In this document: positions 1 to 8,846 of the stretch, one piece after another
How positions within the stretch are numbered: the first letter of the stretch is position 1
Layout of the letters: each line of letters starts with the position of its first letter
From: Rhabdothermincola salaria
GTDB taxonomy: Bacteria; Actinomycetota; Acidimicrobiia; Acidimicrobiales; Acidimicrobilacustridaceae
Reading direction: 5' to 3'
Length of the DNA stretch: 35,971 nt
NCBI RefSeq assembly: GCF_021246445.1
Contig: NZ_JAJQXW010000006.1
Span: forward strand, 1 to 35,971
Program-made: the position numbers and the translations under genes
The notes under the pieces: model-generated
The model's database searches: none
Told to the model about the DNA's origin: nothing
What the model saw: the letters and a program-made list of their open reading frames with translations, nothing else

Positions 1-99
1 CGAGATCGCCGCCGTCAGCGTCGTCTTCCCATGATCGATGTGACCCATCGTGCCCACATTCGCATGGGGCTTGGTCCGCTCGAACTTCTCACGCGCCAT
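1..99 (-). CDS. tuf: Elongation factor Tu, 5' end (runs off the left edge of the window)
   Basis: Manual translation from ATG at 99 gives [33 protein letters not shown], the EF-Tu N-terminus with the GHIDHGKT G1 motif. SD AGGAG at 107-111. Not in the ORF track. Confidence 0.97.
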   Translation of the reverse strand, partial: MAREKFERTKPHANVGTMGHIDHGKTTLTAAIS

Positions 100-169
100 G
101 GGGGATCTCCTGGGTGCCTTTCGGGGGTGGGATGGGGACTCGCCCGCAGATCGGACGAGGGTGCTTCGA

Positions 170-246
170 TGGTGTCGGCGGTCGGACTCGAACCGACGAC
201 CACTCGATTATGAGCCGAGTGCTCTAACCGTCTGAGCTACGCCGAC
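170..246 (-). tRNA. tRNA with CAT anticodon, most likely elongator tRNA-Met (Ile2 not excluded)
   Basis: Reverse complement GTCGGCG TAGCTCAGACGGTTAGAGCA CTCGG CTCATAA TCGAG TGGTC GTCGG TTCGAGT CCGAC CGCCGAC A CCA. Full cloverleaf with encoded CCA. G1-C72 is paired and there is no GGG/CCC anticodon stem, so it is not the initiator. Confidence 0.93.
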
Positions 247-279
247 AGGCCGCCGACCCGGGAGACCCGGGCCGGAGAG

Positions 280-352
280 AGCCCCCTGACAGAATCGAAC
301 TGTCGACCTTTTCCTTACCATGGAAACGCTCTGCCGACTGAGCTAAGGGGGC
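280..352 (-). tRNA. tRNA-Thr(GGT)
   Basis: Reverse complement GCCCCCT TAGCTCAGTCGGCAGAGCG TTTCC ATGGTAA GGAAA AGGTC GACAG TTCGATT CTGTC AGGGGGC T. CCA is not encoded. Confidence 0.95.
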
Positions 353-386
353 GCGCTCGGCACGAGGTGCCGCGCACAAGGTCGCC

Positions 387-416
387 ACTATGCCATGCCC
401 CGTCCCGGGTTCCCAA
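387..416 (-). promoter_or_regulatory. Candidate sigma-70-type promoter for the tRNA-Thr/tRNA-CAT/tuf unit
   Basis: On the minus strand: TTGGGA (416-411), 18-nt spacer, then CATAGT (392-387) preceded by TGG (extended -10), about 35 nt upstream of tRNA-Thr. Confidence 0.45.
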
Positions 417-462
417 CTCGGCTCCGCTCAAGGCGGCGGCGTGCCGTGTCGATGCTGCCCGG

Positions 463-1731
463 GTGAGGCTGACCCGGGTCGTCATCGAAGCAGACGGGCG
501 CCGCTTCCACCTGGACATGCACCCCGGGCTGACCGTGGTGAGCGGACTCGACCGGGTGGCCCGGCGCAGCCTCGGCCGCGCCATCGTCTCGACGCTGGGC
601 ACCGGGCGGCCGGGCCTGCACGCCGAGGTGCTCACCGACGACGGGCACCACCTGGCGGTCTTCCGACCGCCCTCGTCACCGGTCCGGGTCGTCGACGTGG
701 ACTCGGCGCGTGACATCACCGGCGACGTCGCACCCGACGGCGGGCCGCCCGACCTGCTCGCCCACTTCGGTGTCGGCCCCACCGAGGCCCCCGCCGTGGT
801 GCTGATGGGACCGCGCGACCTGGAGACCCGATCGGTGGTCGAGCAGCGGATCCTCGAGCTGGCCCACGTCGACCAGCACCGGCTCTGGGACGTGGCCGAC
901 AAGGTCGCCGAACGGGCCGCGCAACTCAGCCAGCTCGGGGGTGAGCCCGAGGAGCTCGACAGCGTCCTCGTGGAGGAGATCGACCGCCGCCACCGGGCCT
1001 TCGAGGCGGCCCAGGCCGAGCACGAGCGGGCCCAGAGGGTGTGGCTGCTGTTCGGTGCCAACGCCGGGCTGATGGCTGCGCCCGTGGCCGTCGCCGCCGG
1101 ATGGGCGGCGGCGATCCCCTTCCTCGGCGCGGCAGCGGCCATGACCGCCTGGTCGGCCCACGAGTGGCGTGTCGTCGAGGCCGCCCGGCGCGAGGAGTCA
1201 GCTGCCCTCGAGGAGGCCGGGGCCACGTCCTACCTCGCCTTCCAGCTGGCCCGGGTCGACCGGGCCCTCGGCACCGAGGCCCACCGACGCCGGCTCGGCC
1301 AACTCGTCGGCGCCCACCGGGCCGCCCTCCAGGAATGGCGCCTGCTCGCCGGCGACACCGACGTCGAGTGGGCCGACCAGCACCGCCGAGAGATCCTGGG
1401 GACCGCCCAGCGCCTGCGGGACGCGGCCCGCGCCGGGGCTCCCTCTCCCGCGGTCATGCCCGGCGACGAGACCGCGCGCGACCGGCTCGACCGGCTACGA
1501 GTGCGCCTCGCCGTCCGCCCCAGCGGCGGGGAGTCCGTTCCCCTCGTCTGCGACGATCCCTTCATCGAGGTGGATCCCGGCGCCAAGCCACCGCTGCTCG
1601 AGGCGCTGGTGGAGTGCGCCCGACAGCGTCAGGTGATCCTGCTGACCGACGACGCCGAGGTCACCACCTGGGCCCGGGTCGAGCGCCTCACGGGAGATGT
1701 CGAGCTGGTGGAGCACGCGCCGGTACGGTGA
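463..1731 (+). CDS. Membrane-anchored YhaN/SbcC/SMC-like protein with degenerate ATPase motifs
   Basis: GTG 463 is preferred over 367 because MRLTRVVIEADG..LDMHPGLTVVSG matches the SMC/Rad50-type N-terminal pattern. Central coiled-coil-like helices, a hydrophobic hairpin (VWLLFGANAGLMAAPVAVAAGWAAAIPFLGAAAAMTAW), and a C-terminal Walker B/D-loop-like PLVCDDPFIEVD plus QVILLT. Confidence 0.6.
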   Translation: MRLTRVVIEADGRRFHLDMHPGLTVVSGLDRVARRSLGRAIVSTLGTGRPGLHAEVLTDDGHHLAVFRPPSSPVRVVDVDSARDITGDVAPDGGPPDLLAHFGVGPTEAPAVVLMGPRDLETRSVVEQRILELAHVDQHRLWDVADKVAERAAQLSQLGGEPEELDSVLVEEIDRRHRAFEAAQAEHERAQRVWLLFGANAGLMAAPVAVAAGWAAAIPFLGAAAAMTAWSAHEWRVVEAARREESAALEEAGATSYLAFQLARVDRALGTEAHRRRLGQLVGAHRAALQEWRLLAGDTDVEWADQHRREILGTAQRLRDAARAGAPSPAVMPGDETARDRLDRLRVRLAVRPSGGESVPLVCDDPFIEVDPGAKPPLLEALVECARQRQVILLTDDAEVTTWARVERLTGDVELVEHAPVR

Positions 1732-2222
1732 ACGCCGTGCTGTTGCGCCTCGCCCGCCCCGCCGACGCCGAGGCCATCCGGACCATCTACAACGCGGAGG
1801 TCACCGGCTCCACGGTCACCTTCGACCTGCGCCCCCGGTCCCTGGAGGAGCAACGGGCGTGGCTCGACGCCCGCTCCGGAGCGTTCGCCGTGCTGGTGGC
1901 CGAGGACGAGGGCGAGGTGGTGGGCTTCGCCTCCCTGTCGCCCTACCGGGACCGGCCCGCCTACAGCACCACCGTCGAGGAGTCGATCTACATCCGCCAC
2001 GACCAACGGGGCAAGGGCCTCGGCAAGGCGTTGCTCGGCGAGATCGTGGAGGTGGCCTCCCGCCAGGGGTTCCACACGATCATGGCCCGCGTGGTGGGCC
2101 ACCACCAGGCCTCGATCGGGCTGCACCGATCGGTCGGGTTCGGCGTCGTCGGCGTGGAGCGCGAGGTCGGACGCAAGTTCGGCAAGTGGCTCGACGTCGT
2201 CGTCATGCAACGCATGCTGTGA
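1728..2222 (+). CDS. GNAT N-acetyltransferase, phosphinothricin/methionine-sulfoximine acetyltransferase (PAT/YncA)-like
   Basis: GTGA overlap with the upstream stop. Motifs IYNAEV...TVTFD, AYSTTVEESIY, QRGKGLG (acetyl-CoA loop), ASIGLH..GF and VGRKFGKWLDV. Confidence 0.9.
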   Translation: MNAVLLRLARPADAEAIRTIYNAEVTGSTVTFDLRPRSLEEQRAWLDARSGAFAVLVAEDEGEVVGFASLSPYRDRPAYSTTVEESIYIRHDQRGKGLGKALLGEIVEVASRQGFHTIMARVVGHHQASIGLHRSVGFGVVGVEREVGRKFGKWLDVVVMQRML

Positions 2223-2288
2223 GCACGCGCTGGCCGGGCGACCGGCCCGGCCCCGCTGCTCGTTTTCCGTGGCCGGTGGTGGTGTCGC

Positions 2289-2294
2289 TACAGT
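2289..2294 (+). promoter_or_regulatory. Candidate -10 box (TACAGT) for tRNA-Tyr
   Basis: TANNNT hexamer 11 nt upstream of the mature tRNA 5' end. Confidence 0.4.
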
Positions 2295-2305
2295 GAGTCT
2301 CCCCT

Positions 2306-2387
2306 GGGTCGGTGCCCGAGTGGCCAAAGGGAACGGGCTGTAAACCCGTCGGTTCTGCCTACGGTGGTTCGAATCCACCCCGGCCCA
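2306..2387 (+). tRNA. tRNA-Tyr(GTA)
   Basis: GGGTCGG TGCCCGAGTGGCCAAAGGGA ACGGG CTGTAAA CCCGT, long variable arm, GGTGG TTCGAAT CCACC CCGGCCC A. Followed by CCG, so CCA is not encoded. Confidence 0.96.
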
Positions 2388-2431
2388 CCGCAGCGCGACG
2401 CCTCGGCGTCGGGCCGCACCGCAGCATCCGA

Positions 2432-2459
2432 GCTCGGCCGCCCTCCGGGGCGGCCGAGC
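2432..2459 (+). terminator. Perfect 12-bp GC hairpin downstream of tRNA-Tyr (possible terminator or processing stem)
   Basis: GCTCGGCCGCCC-TCCG-GGGCGGCCGAGC; no U-tract. Confidence 0.45.
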
Positions 2460-2504
2460 CGCGTGCGGTCGATCGCGGCGGCGCCATCGCGGTAGACATC
2501 ACCC

Positions 2505-2993
2505 ATGCCCAGCTTCGACATCGTCTCCGAGGTCGACACCCAGGAGGTCCGCAACGCGGTCGATCAGGCCGCCCGCGAGATCGCCAACCGGTTCGACTTC
2601 AAGAACACCGACTCCAGCATCGTCCTCGATGACTCCGGGATCGAGATGCGCTCGGTCACCGAGGACCGGCTCAACGCCATCCGCCAAGTGCTCGAGGAGA
2701 AGCTCGTGAAGCGCAAGGTCTCCCTGAAGGGGATCGAGCACGGCAAGGTCGAGGATGCCGCCGGCGGCACCGTCCGCCAGGTGTCCACGCTGAGCGCCGG
2801 CATCTCCTCGGAGAAGGCCAAGGAGCTGAACAAGGCCATCAAGGGCCTCGGCCTCAAGGGCGTCCAGTCCCAGACCCAGGGCGACCAGGTGCGCGTCACC
2901 GGCAAGAAGCGCGACGACCTCCAGGCCGTGATCGCTGCGCTCAAGGAGAAGGACCTCGGCATCCCCCTCCAGTTCGAGAACTTCCGCGACTGA
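2505..2993 (+). CDS. yajQ: YajQ family nucleotide/c-di-GMP-binding protein
   Basis: MPSFDIVSEVD.QEVRNAVDQA.RE...RFDFK at the N-terminus and QGDQVRVTGKKRDDLQ...PLQFENFRD at the C-terminus. Confidence 0.96.
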   Translation: MPSFDIVSEVDTQEVRNAVDQAAREIANRFDFKNTDSSIVLDDSGIEMRSVTEDRLNAIRQVLEEKLVKRKVSLKGIEHGKVEDAAGGTVRQVSTLSAGISSEKAKELNKAIKGLGLKGVQSQTQGDQVRVTGKKRDDLQAVIAALKEKDLGIPLQFENFRD

Positions 2994-3004
2994 CCCAACC
3001 CTGG

Positions 3005-3053
3005 CGCCCGGACCGGTCGGGCGTCGGGACCCGACTTCGGGACTCGGGGTCCC
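3005..3053 (+). terminator. Two tandem hairpins after yajQ
   Basis: CGCCCG-GACCGGT-CGGGCG (3005-3023) and imperfect CGGGACCCGA...TCGGGGTCCCG (3025-3053); no U-tract. Confidence 0.3.
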
Positions 3054-3383
3054 GGCGGGTCCTGTCCCGGCCCAGAACCTGACGTGCTCAGTCGCTCAGA
3101 GCGGCAGCTTCGTGGAGCTCTGGCGTAGGTCGACGAGCTCCTCGTCGATCTCATGTGGCGGCCACCGAGCCGCACTCGCTCCTGTGCGCGCGTCAGAACC
3201 GTGGCCCGGGCCACCCCCCGGGACCCGCTCGGACCCGGGTCCATGGAGCCTTCCTCGCGAACTCGTCGGGACGCGATGTGGGCGCCTCGCTGGCCGGGAC
3301 CATGGCGGCGCGGAGCGCCGCGGTGTGGCGGCGACGCTGCGCTTGCCCGCCGCCACCTGACCGCGACCGTCAGCCGACTCGCA

Positions 3384-3625
3384 ACAGCCGACGCCGCGCA
3401 GCAAGGAGGCTCAGCCACGGCACGCGTTTCGGCGAAGCCGGCGAGGGGAGCCTGCGACCCGAGCTGAGTGTCAGAGGCGGTGAGGGGAGGCTTGCCGACC
3501 CGAACGAAGTGTCACGGCTTGCCGACCCGAAGCAGATGTCACAGGCGACGCCGCGCAGCAAGGAGCCTCAGCCTGCGTGAACGGTCGCCGCAGGCGGCGG
3601 AGGGGAGGCTTGCCGACCCGGAGCT
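3384..3625. repeat. Nested intergenic direct-repeat cluster (REP/BIME-like)
   Basis: 33-bp repeat ACAG(C/G)CGACGCCGCGCAGCAAGGAG(G/C)CTCAGCC at 3384-3416 and 3541-3573. Motif GAGGGGAGGCTTGCCGACCCG at 3482-3502 and 3600-3620, with a variant at 3443-3461 and a partial copy at 3516-3530. Confidence 0.8.
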
Positions 3626-4109
3626 AGTCGTAGTAGCCGGAGTGGATGTAGACGCAGGGGATGCCCTCGGTGTGGAACATGTGGACGTTGCGGCGGTCGT
3701 CCTCGAAGGCCAGGCGCAGGTCGAGGCCGTAGTCGCGGAGCTCCCCGACGGTGCGCTGCTTGTAGCCGCGGCTCGAGCCGTGGTCGTGCCAGTCGCGCAT
3801 CACCAGCAGGTCCCAGCGCAGCCCGTAGCGGTCGAGCCAGCCGAGGGTCTGGGGGCGCACCCGGGCCGGCCGGGCGGTGAGCAAGACGATGTGCAGGTCA
3901 TCGTCGAGCACGTCGAGGAGGCGGGCGACCTCGGCGATGAGCTCGTCGTCGCCGCAGGCCGCGAAGAAGGCCTCCCAGTCCCGGTAGGGATGGTCGAGGT
4001 AGTGCTGGCGGCGGGAGGCGTCGGAGAGCACCCCGTCCATGTCGAACACCACGGCGGGGCCCGGCTCGACCGGCCCGTCGCGCCACTGCCAGTTGTCGGG
4101 GAGAGGCAT
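3624..4109 (-). CDS. HAD-superfamily phosphatase resembling the 3'-phosphatase domain of polynucleotide kinase-phosphatases
   Basis: Motif I VVFDMDGVL, motif II LLTAR, LVMR...K, motif IV AFEDD. Start is ATG 4109 or GTG 4115; the ORF-track start at 4211 overlaps acs. Confidence 0.75.
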   Translation of the reverse strand: MPLPDNWQWRDGPVEPGPAVVFDMDGVLSDASRRQHYLDHPYRDWEAFFAACGDDELIAEVARLLDVLDDDLHIVLLTARPARVRPQTLGWLDRYGLRWDLLVMRDWHDHGSSRGYKQRTVGELRDYGLDLRLAFEDDRRNVHMFHTEGIPCVYIHSGYYD

Positions 4110-4140
4110 CGTCACCCCGCCATGATGCCCCGCTGGCGGG

Positions 4141-6078
<1,938 letters not shown>

Positions 6079-6120
6079 CGGCGTTGCCCCTTCCCCGTGG
6101 TCGCGGTCCCCAGGGGGCCG

Positions 6121-6126
6121 ACACTA
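6121..6126 (-). promoter_or_regulatory. Candidate -10 box (TAGTGT) for acs
   Basis: TANNNT on the minus strand in the 68-nt gap between the methyltransferase stop and the acs start. Confidence 0.35.
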
Positions 6127-6146
6127 CCGATCGGGCGACGCCGCCA

Positions 6147-7313
6147 TCACCGCTCGGGCGCGCCGGCTCCGACGTCCCATCGCACGACCACGAAGCCGCC
6201 GAGCCCGGAGGGGTCGAGCAACGCCTCGGCCTCGCTCACCCGGCTGCGGCCTCGCAGGGCCTCGAGGTCGCCCAGGTGGGCGCGCTCGCGCCAGATCCGT
6301 CGCCCTTCTTCGACGAGGTCGTCGATGCCGTTGGCGAGCAGGAAGTCGGCCTGCGTGCTCACCGTCCCTCCCGGGCACCCCCGCAGGAGCTGGTCGACCG
6401 CGACGTCGGCGGTGATGTCCTGGGTGCCGGGGTCGTCGAGGGGGTGCCCGCCCCGTTCGTGGCCTCGGAAGGTGCGCAACCAGGCCAAGGGGGGCCGCTC
6501 GGCCAGGTCGGCATCGGAGGCGCCGTAGTCGACCACGAGCACCTGCCCCTCCGCCAGGCGGTCCCGGGCCCGGCCCACCCATGCCGCGGCCGCCGCCTGG
6601 TGGGGCACCCACACCCCCGCCGGCAACGCCCCGAGCACCACGTCGTCGGCGGAGGTGGGCCCGCGGGGCACGATCACCGGCGCGAACGCGGCGTCGCCGC
6701 CGCGGACCACGCGCAGCTCCTCGACGCCACCGCCGGTCGCCCGGGCCACCGGATCGAACGGGAGGTTGTCGAGCAGCTCGTTGGCCACCACCACCCCTCG
6801 GACGGTGGCATCGGGGAGGTCCGCGGCCGACACGACAGCCGGCCCGCGCCCGGCCCGGGGGGCGGTGACCACGGCCGTGAGGTCGCCACCGGCGCGCTCC
6901 CCCACCCAGGCTGGCTGGTGCGCGCCATGAGCGGCGCGCTGCGCGGCCGATGTCTCGACCAGGACGTGGACCAGTGCCTCGGCGCAGCGAGGACCGGCGG
7001 CCAGCACGGTGCGGGCCAGCGTGCCGGGTCCGGCGCCACCCTCGATGACGACGAAGGGGTCGGGACGCCCGAGCTCGTCCCAGGAGGCGTCGAGCACCCG
7101 GGCCAGCACGGCACCGAACAGCGGGCCGACCTCGGGGCTGGTGAGGAAGTCGCCCCGGCGGCCGGCCCGGCCACCCCCGGCGTAGAACCCTTCGCGGGGG
7201 TCGTACAGGGCGGCCTCCATGAACGACGAGAAGGCCAGAGGGCCGTCGGCGTCGATGCGAGCCAGCAGACGGTCGTGGAGGGACTCGTCCCCCGGGCCGG
7301 GCGGGGATGCCAT
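6147..7313 (-). CDS. SAM-dependent methyltransferase, MidA/NDUFAF7 (DUF185) family
   Basis: GPLAFSSFMEAALY..GFY, GDFLTSPEVGPLFG, EGGAGPGTLA, ANELLDNLP, VVDYG, PGTQDITADV, TQADFL and LLDPSGLG are the family-typical blocks. Strong SD GGAGG; starts 18 nt after the nuoN2 stop. Confidence 0.88.
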   Translation of the reverse strand: MASPPGPGDESLHDRLLARIDADGPLAFSSFMEAALYDPREGFYAGGGRAGRRGDFLTSPEVGPLFGAVLARVLDASWDELGRPDPFVVIEGGAGPGTLARTVLAAGPRCAEALVHVLVETSAAQRAAHGAHQPAWVGERAGGDLTAVVTAPRAGRGPAVVSAADLPDATVRGVVVANELLDNLPFDPVARATGGGVEELRVVRGGDAAFAPVIVPRGPTSADDVVLGALPAGVWVPHQAAAAAWVGRARDRLAEGQVLVVDYGASDADLAERPPLAWLRTFRGHERGGHPLDDPGTQDITADVAVDQLLRGCPGGTVSTQADFLLANGIDDLVEEGRRIWRERAHLGDLEALRGRSRVSEAEALLDPSGLGGFVVVRWDVGAGAPER

Positions 7314-7331
7314 GGCGGCCTCCCCCGGCGG

Positions 7332-8843
7332 TCAGCCGCCGAGGCCGAGGAGGGTGACGGACTCGGTGAAGTGGGTGAAGGCCCGGGGGAAGACGCCCAC
7401 GGCCAGGGTGAGCACCGCGGTGATGCTGACGGCGGCCACCAACGACGGCGGCACCCGGATGGGCGTGACGTCGCCGTCGGGCGCGTCGTCCATCCACATG
7501 ACCCGCATGAGGCGGCCGTAGTAGGCGAAGGCGACCACGGAGTTCACGGCCACGAGCACGGCGAGCGAGTAGCCCGAGAAGTTGCCCGCGCTGGCCAGGG
7601 CCCGGAAGATCTCGAGCTTGCCGAACCACCCCGCCGCCGGCGGGATGCCGGCCAGGGCGAAGAGGAAGAGCGTCATGCACACCGTGAGAGCGGGGGCGTA
7701 GGAGAACAGCCCGCCGAAGCTGCTCAGCTCCGCCGAACGGGTCTTGCGGGCCACCGCGATGACCACGGCGAAGGCACCGAGGTTCATAGCCGCGTAGATG
7801 AGCAGGTAGACCACGATCGCCTGCAGCGAGGTGAGGCCCACGTCGCCACCCGTGCCGGCGATGGCCAGCGGGGCGAGGATGTAGCCGGCCTGGGCGATGC
7901 CCGAGTAGGCGAGCATGCGCACCACGTTGGTCTGGCGCAGGGCGATGAGGTTGCCCACGGTCATGGTGACGGCGGCGAGCACCCAGATGAGGGGCCCGTA
8001 GACGTCCTCACGGCCGTAGAGGGCGATGAAGACCAGCTGCAACAGGGCGACGAAGCCGGCGGCTTTGGAGGCCACCGCCAAGAAGGCGGTGATGGGCGTG
8101 GGCGCACCCTCGTAGGTGTCGGGGGCCCACGTGTGGAACGGCACGGCGGACACCTTGAAGGCGAAGCCGATGATCACGAACACGATGGCCAGGGTGACGA
8201 TCGGCTGGGTGTCGGCGGCCCCTCCGACCACTTCTCCGATCTCGGCGAGGACGGTGGTGCCGGTGAGCCCGAACAGCAACGACATGCCGTAGAGCAAGAT
8301 GGCCGAGGCGAAGACGCCCATCAGGTAGTACTTGAGACCCGCCTCGTTGCCCTTGCTGTCGCGCTTGCGCCAGGCGGCCAGCGTGTAGGCGGGGATGGAC
8401 AGCATCTCGAGGGCCACGAACATGGTCACGAGGTCGCGGGACGAGGCCATGACGAGCATGCCCACCACCGAGCCGAGCAGCACCTGGTAGTACTCGCCCT
8501 CCCAGTAGTCGCCCTCGGCGATGTAGTTGGTGGACAACAGCACGACCACGTAGGCCGAGGCGAGGAACAGGGCCTTGAGCACCAAGGCGAAGTCGTCGAC
8601 GACGTAGGCGCCGCCGAACATCACCCGGTCGGTGCCGTCCATGGCCAGGGTGACCAGCGGGATGGCCGCCACGAGCAGGCCGATGCCGGCGATCGTCGAC
8701 GACAGCCACCGACCGCTCTCGTCGGTGAAGGCATCGACGATGAGGACCAGCGACAGCACGCCGACCACGATCAGCTCGGGCGCGAGGGCGTGGAGGTCGA
8801 GCTGGGGGGTCTCCCAGGCGAAGGCGGCCAACTGGGCGAGCAC
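7332..8843 (-). CDS. nuoN: Complex I-like subunit N (second cluster)
   Basis: EAGLKYYLMG, AFKVSAVPFHTWAPDTYEGAPTP, RMLAYSGIAQAGY and LAGIPP; GTG start. Confidence 0.95.
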   Translation of the reverse strand: MLAQLAAFAWETPQLDLHALAPELIVVGVLSLVLIVDAFTDESGRWLSSTIAGIGLLVAAIPLVTLAMDGTDRVMFGGAYVVDDFALVLKALFLASAYVVVLLSTNYIAEGDYWEGEYYQVLLGSVVGMLVMASSRDLVTMFVALEMLSIPAYTLAAWRKRDSKGNEAGLKYYLMGVFASAILLYGMSLLFGLTGTTVLAEIGEVVGGAADTQPIVTLAIVFVIIGFAFKVSAVPFHTWAPDTYEGAPTPITAFLAVASKAAGFVALLQLVFIALYGREDVYGPLIWVLAAVTMTVGNLIALRQTNVVRMLAYSGIAQAGYILAPLAIAGTGGDVGLTSLQAIVVYLLIYAAMNLGAFAVVIAVARKTRSAELSSFGGLFSYAPALTVCMTLFLFALAGIPPAAGWFGKLEIFRALASAGNFSGYSLAVLVAVNSVVAFAYYGRLMRVMWMDDAPDGDVTPIRVPPSLVAAVSITAVLTLAVGVFPRAFTHFTESVTLLGLGG

Positions 8844-8846
8844 CGA

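Noticed and set aside
170..246. Initiator tRNA-fMet
   Set aside because: The 1-72 pair is Watson-Crick (G-C) and the anticodon stem lacks three consecutive G-C pairs.
1041..1727. N-terminal extensions in ORF-track calls (GNAT from 1041; also nuoJ2 13666, nuoB2 17459, nuoI 25885, nuoF 30469, nuoE 31722, membrane protein 35048)
   Set aside because: The extensions overlap upstream genes in another frame and are Arg/Pro-rich noise. The true starts sit at stop/start overlaps or short gaps, so these are not fusions or frameshifts.
3384..3625. Possible CRISPR array
   Set aside because: The repeats are of two types, degenerate and irregularly spaced, there are no uniform unique spacers, and no cas genes are in the window.
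2306..3625. Integrative element or att site at tRNA-Tyr (or at the tRNA-Thr/CAT genes)
   Set aside because: I saw no duplicated tRNA 3' end, no integrase, and no obvious compositional shift. The flanking genes are housekeeping-type.
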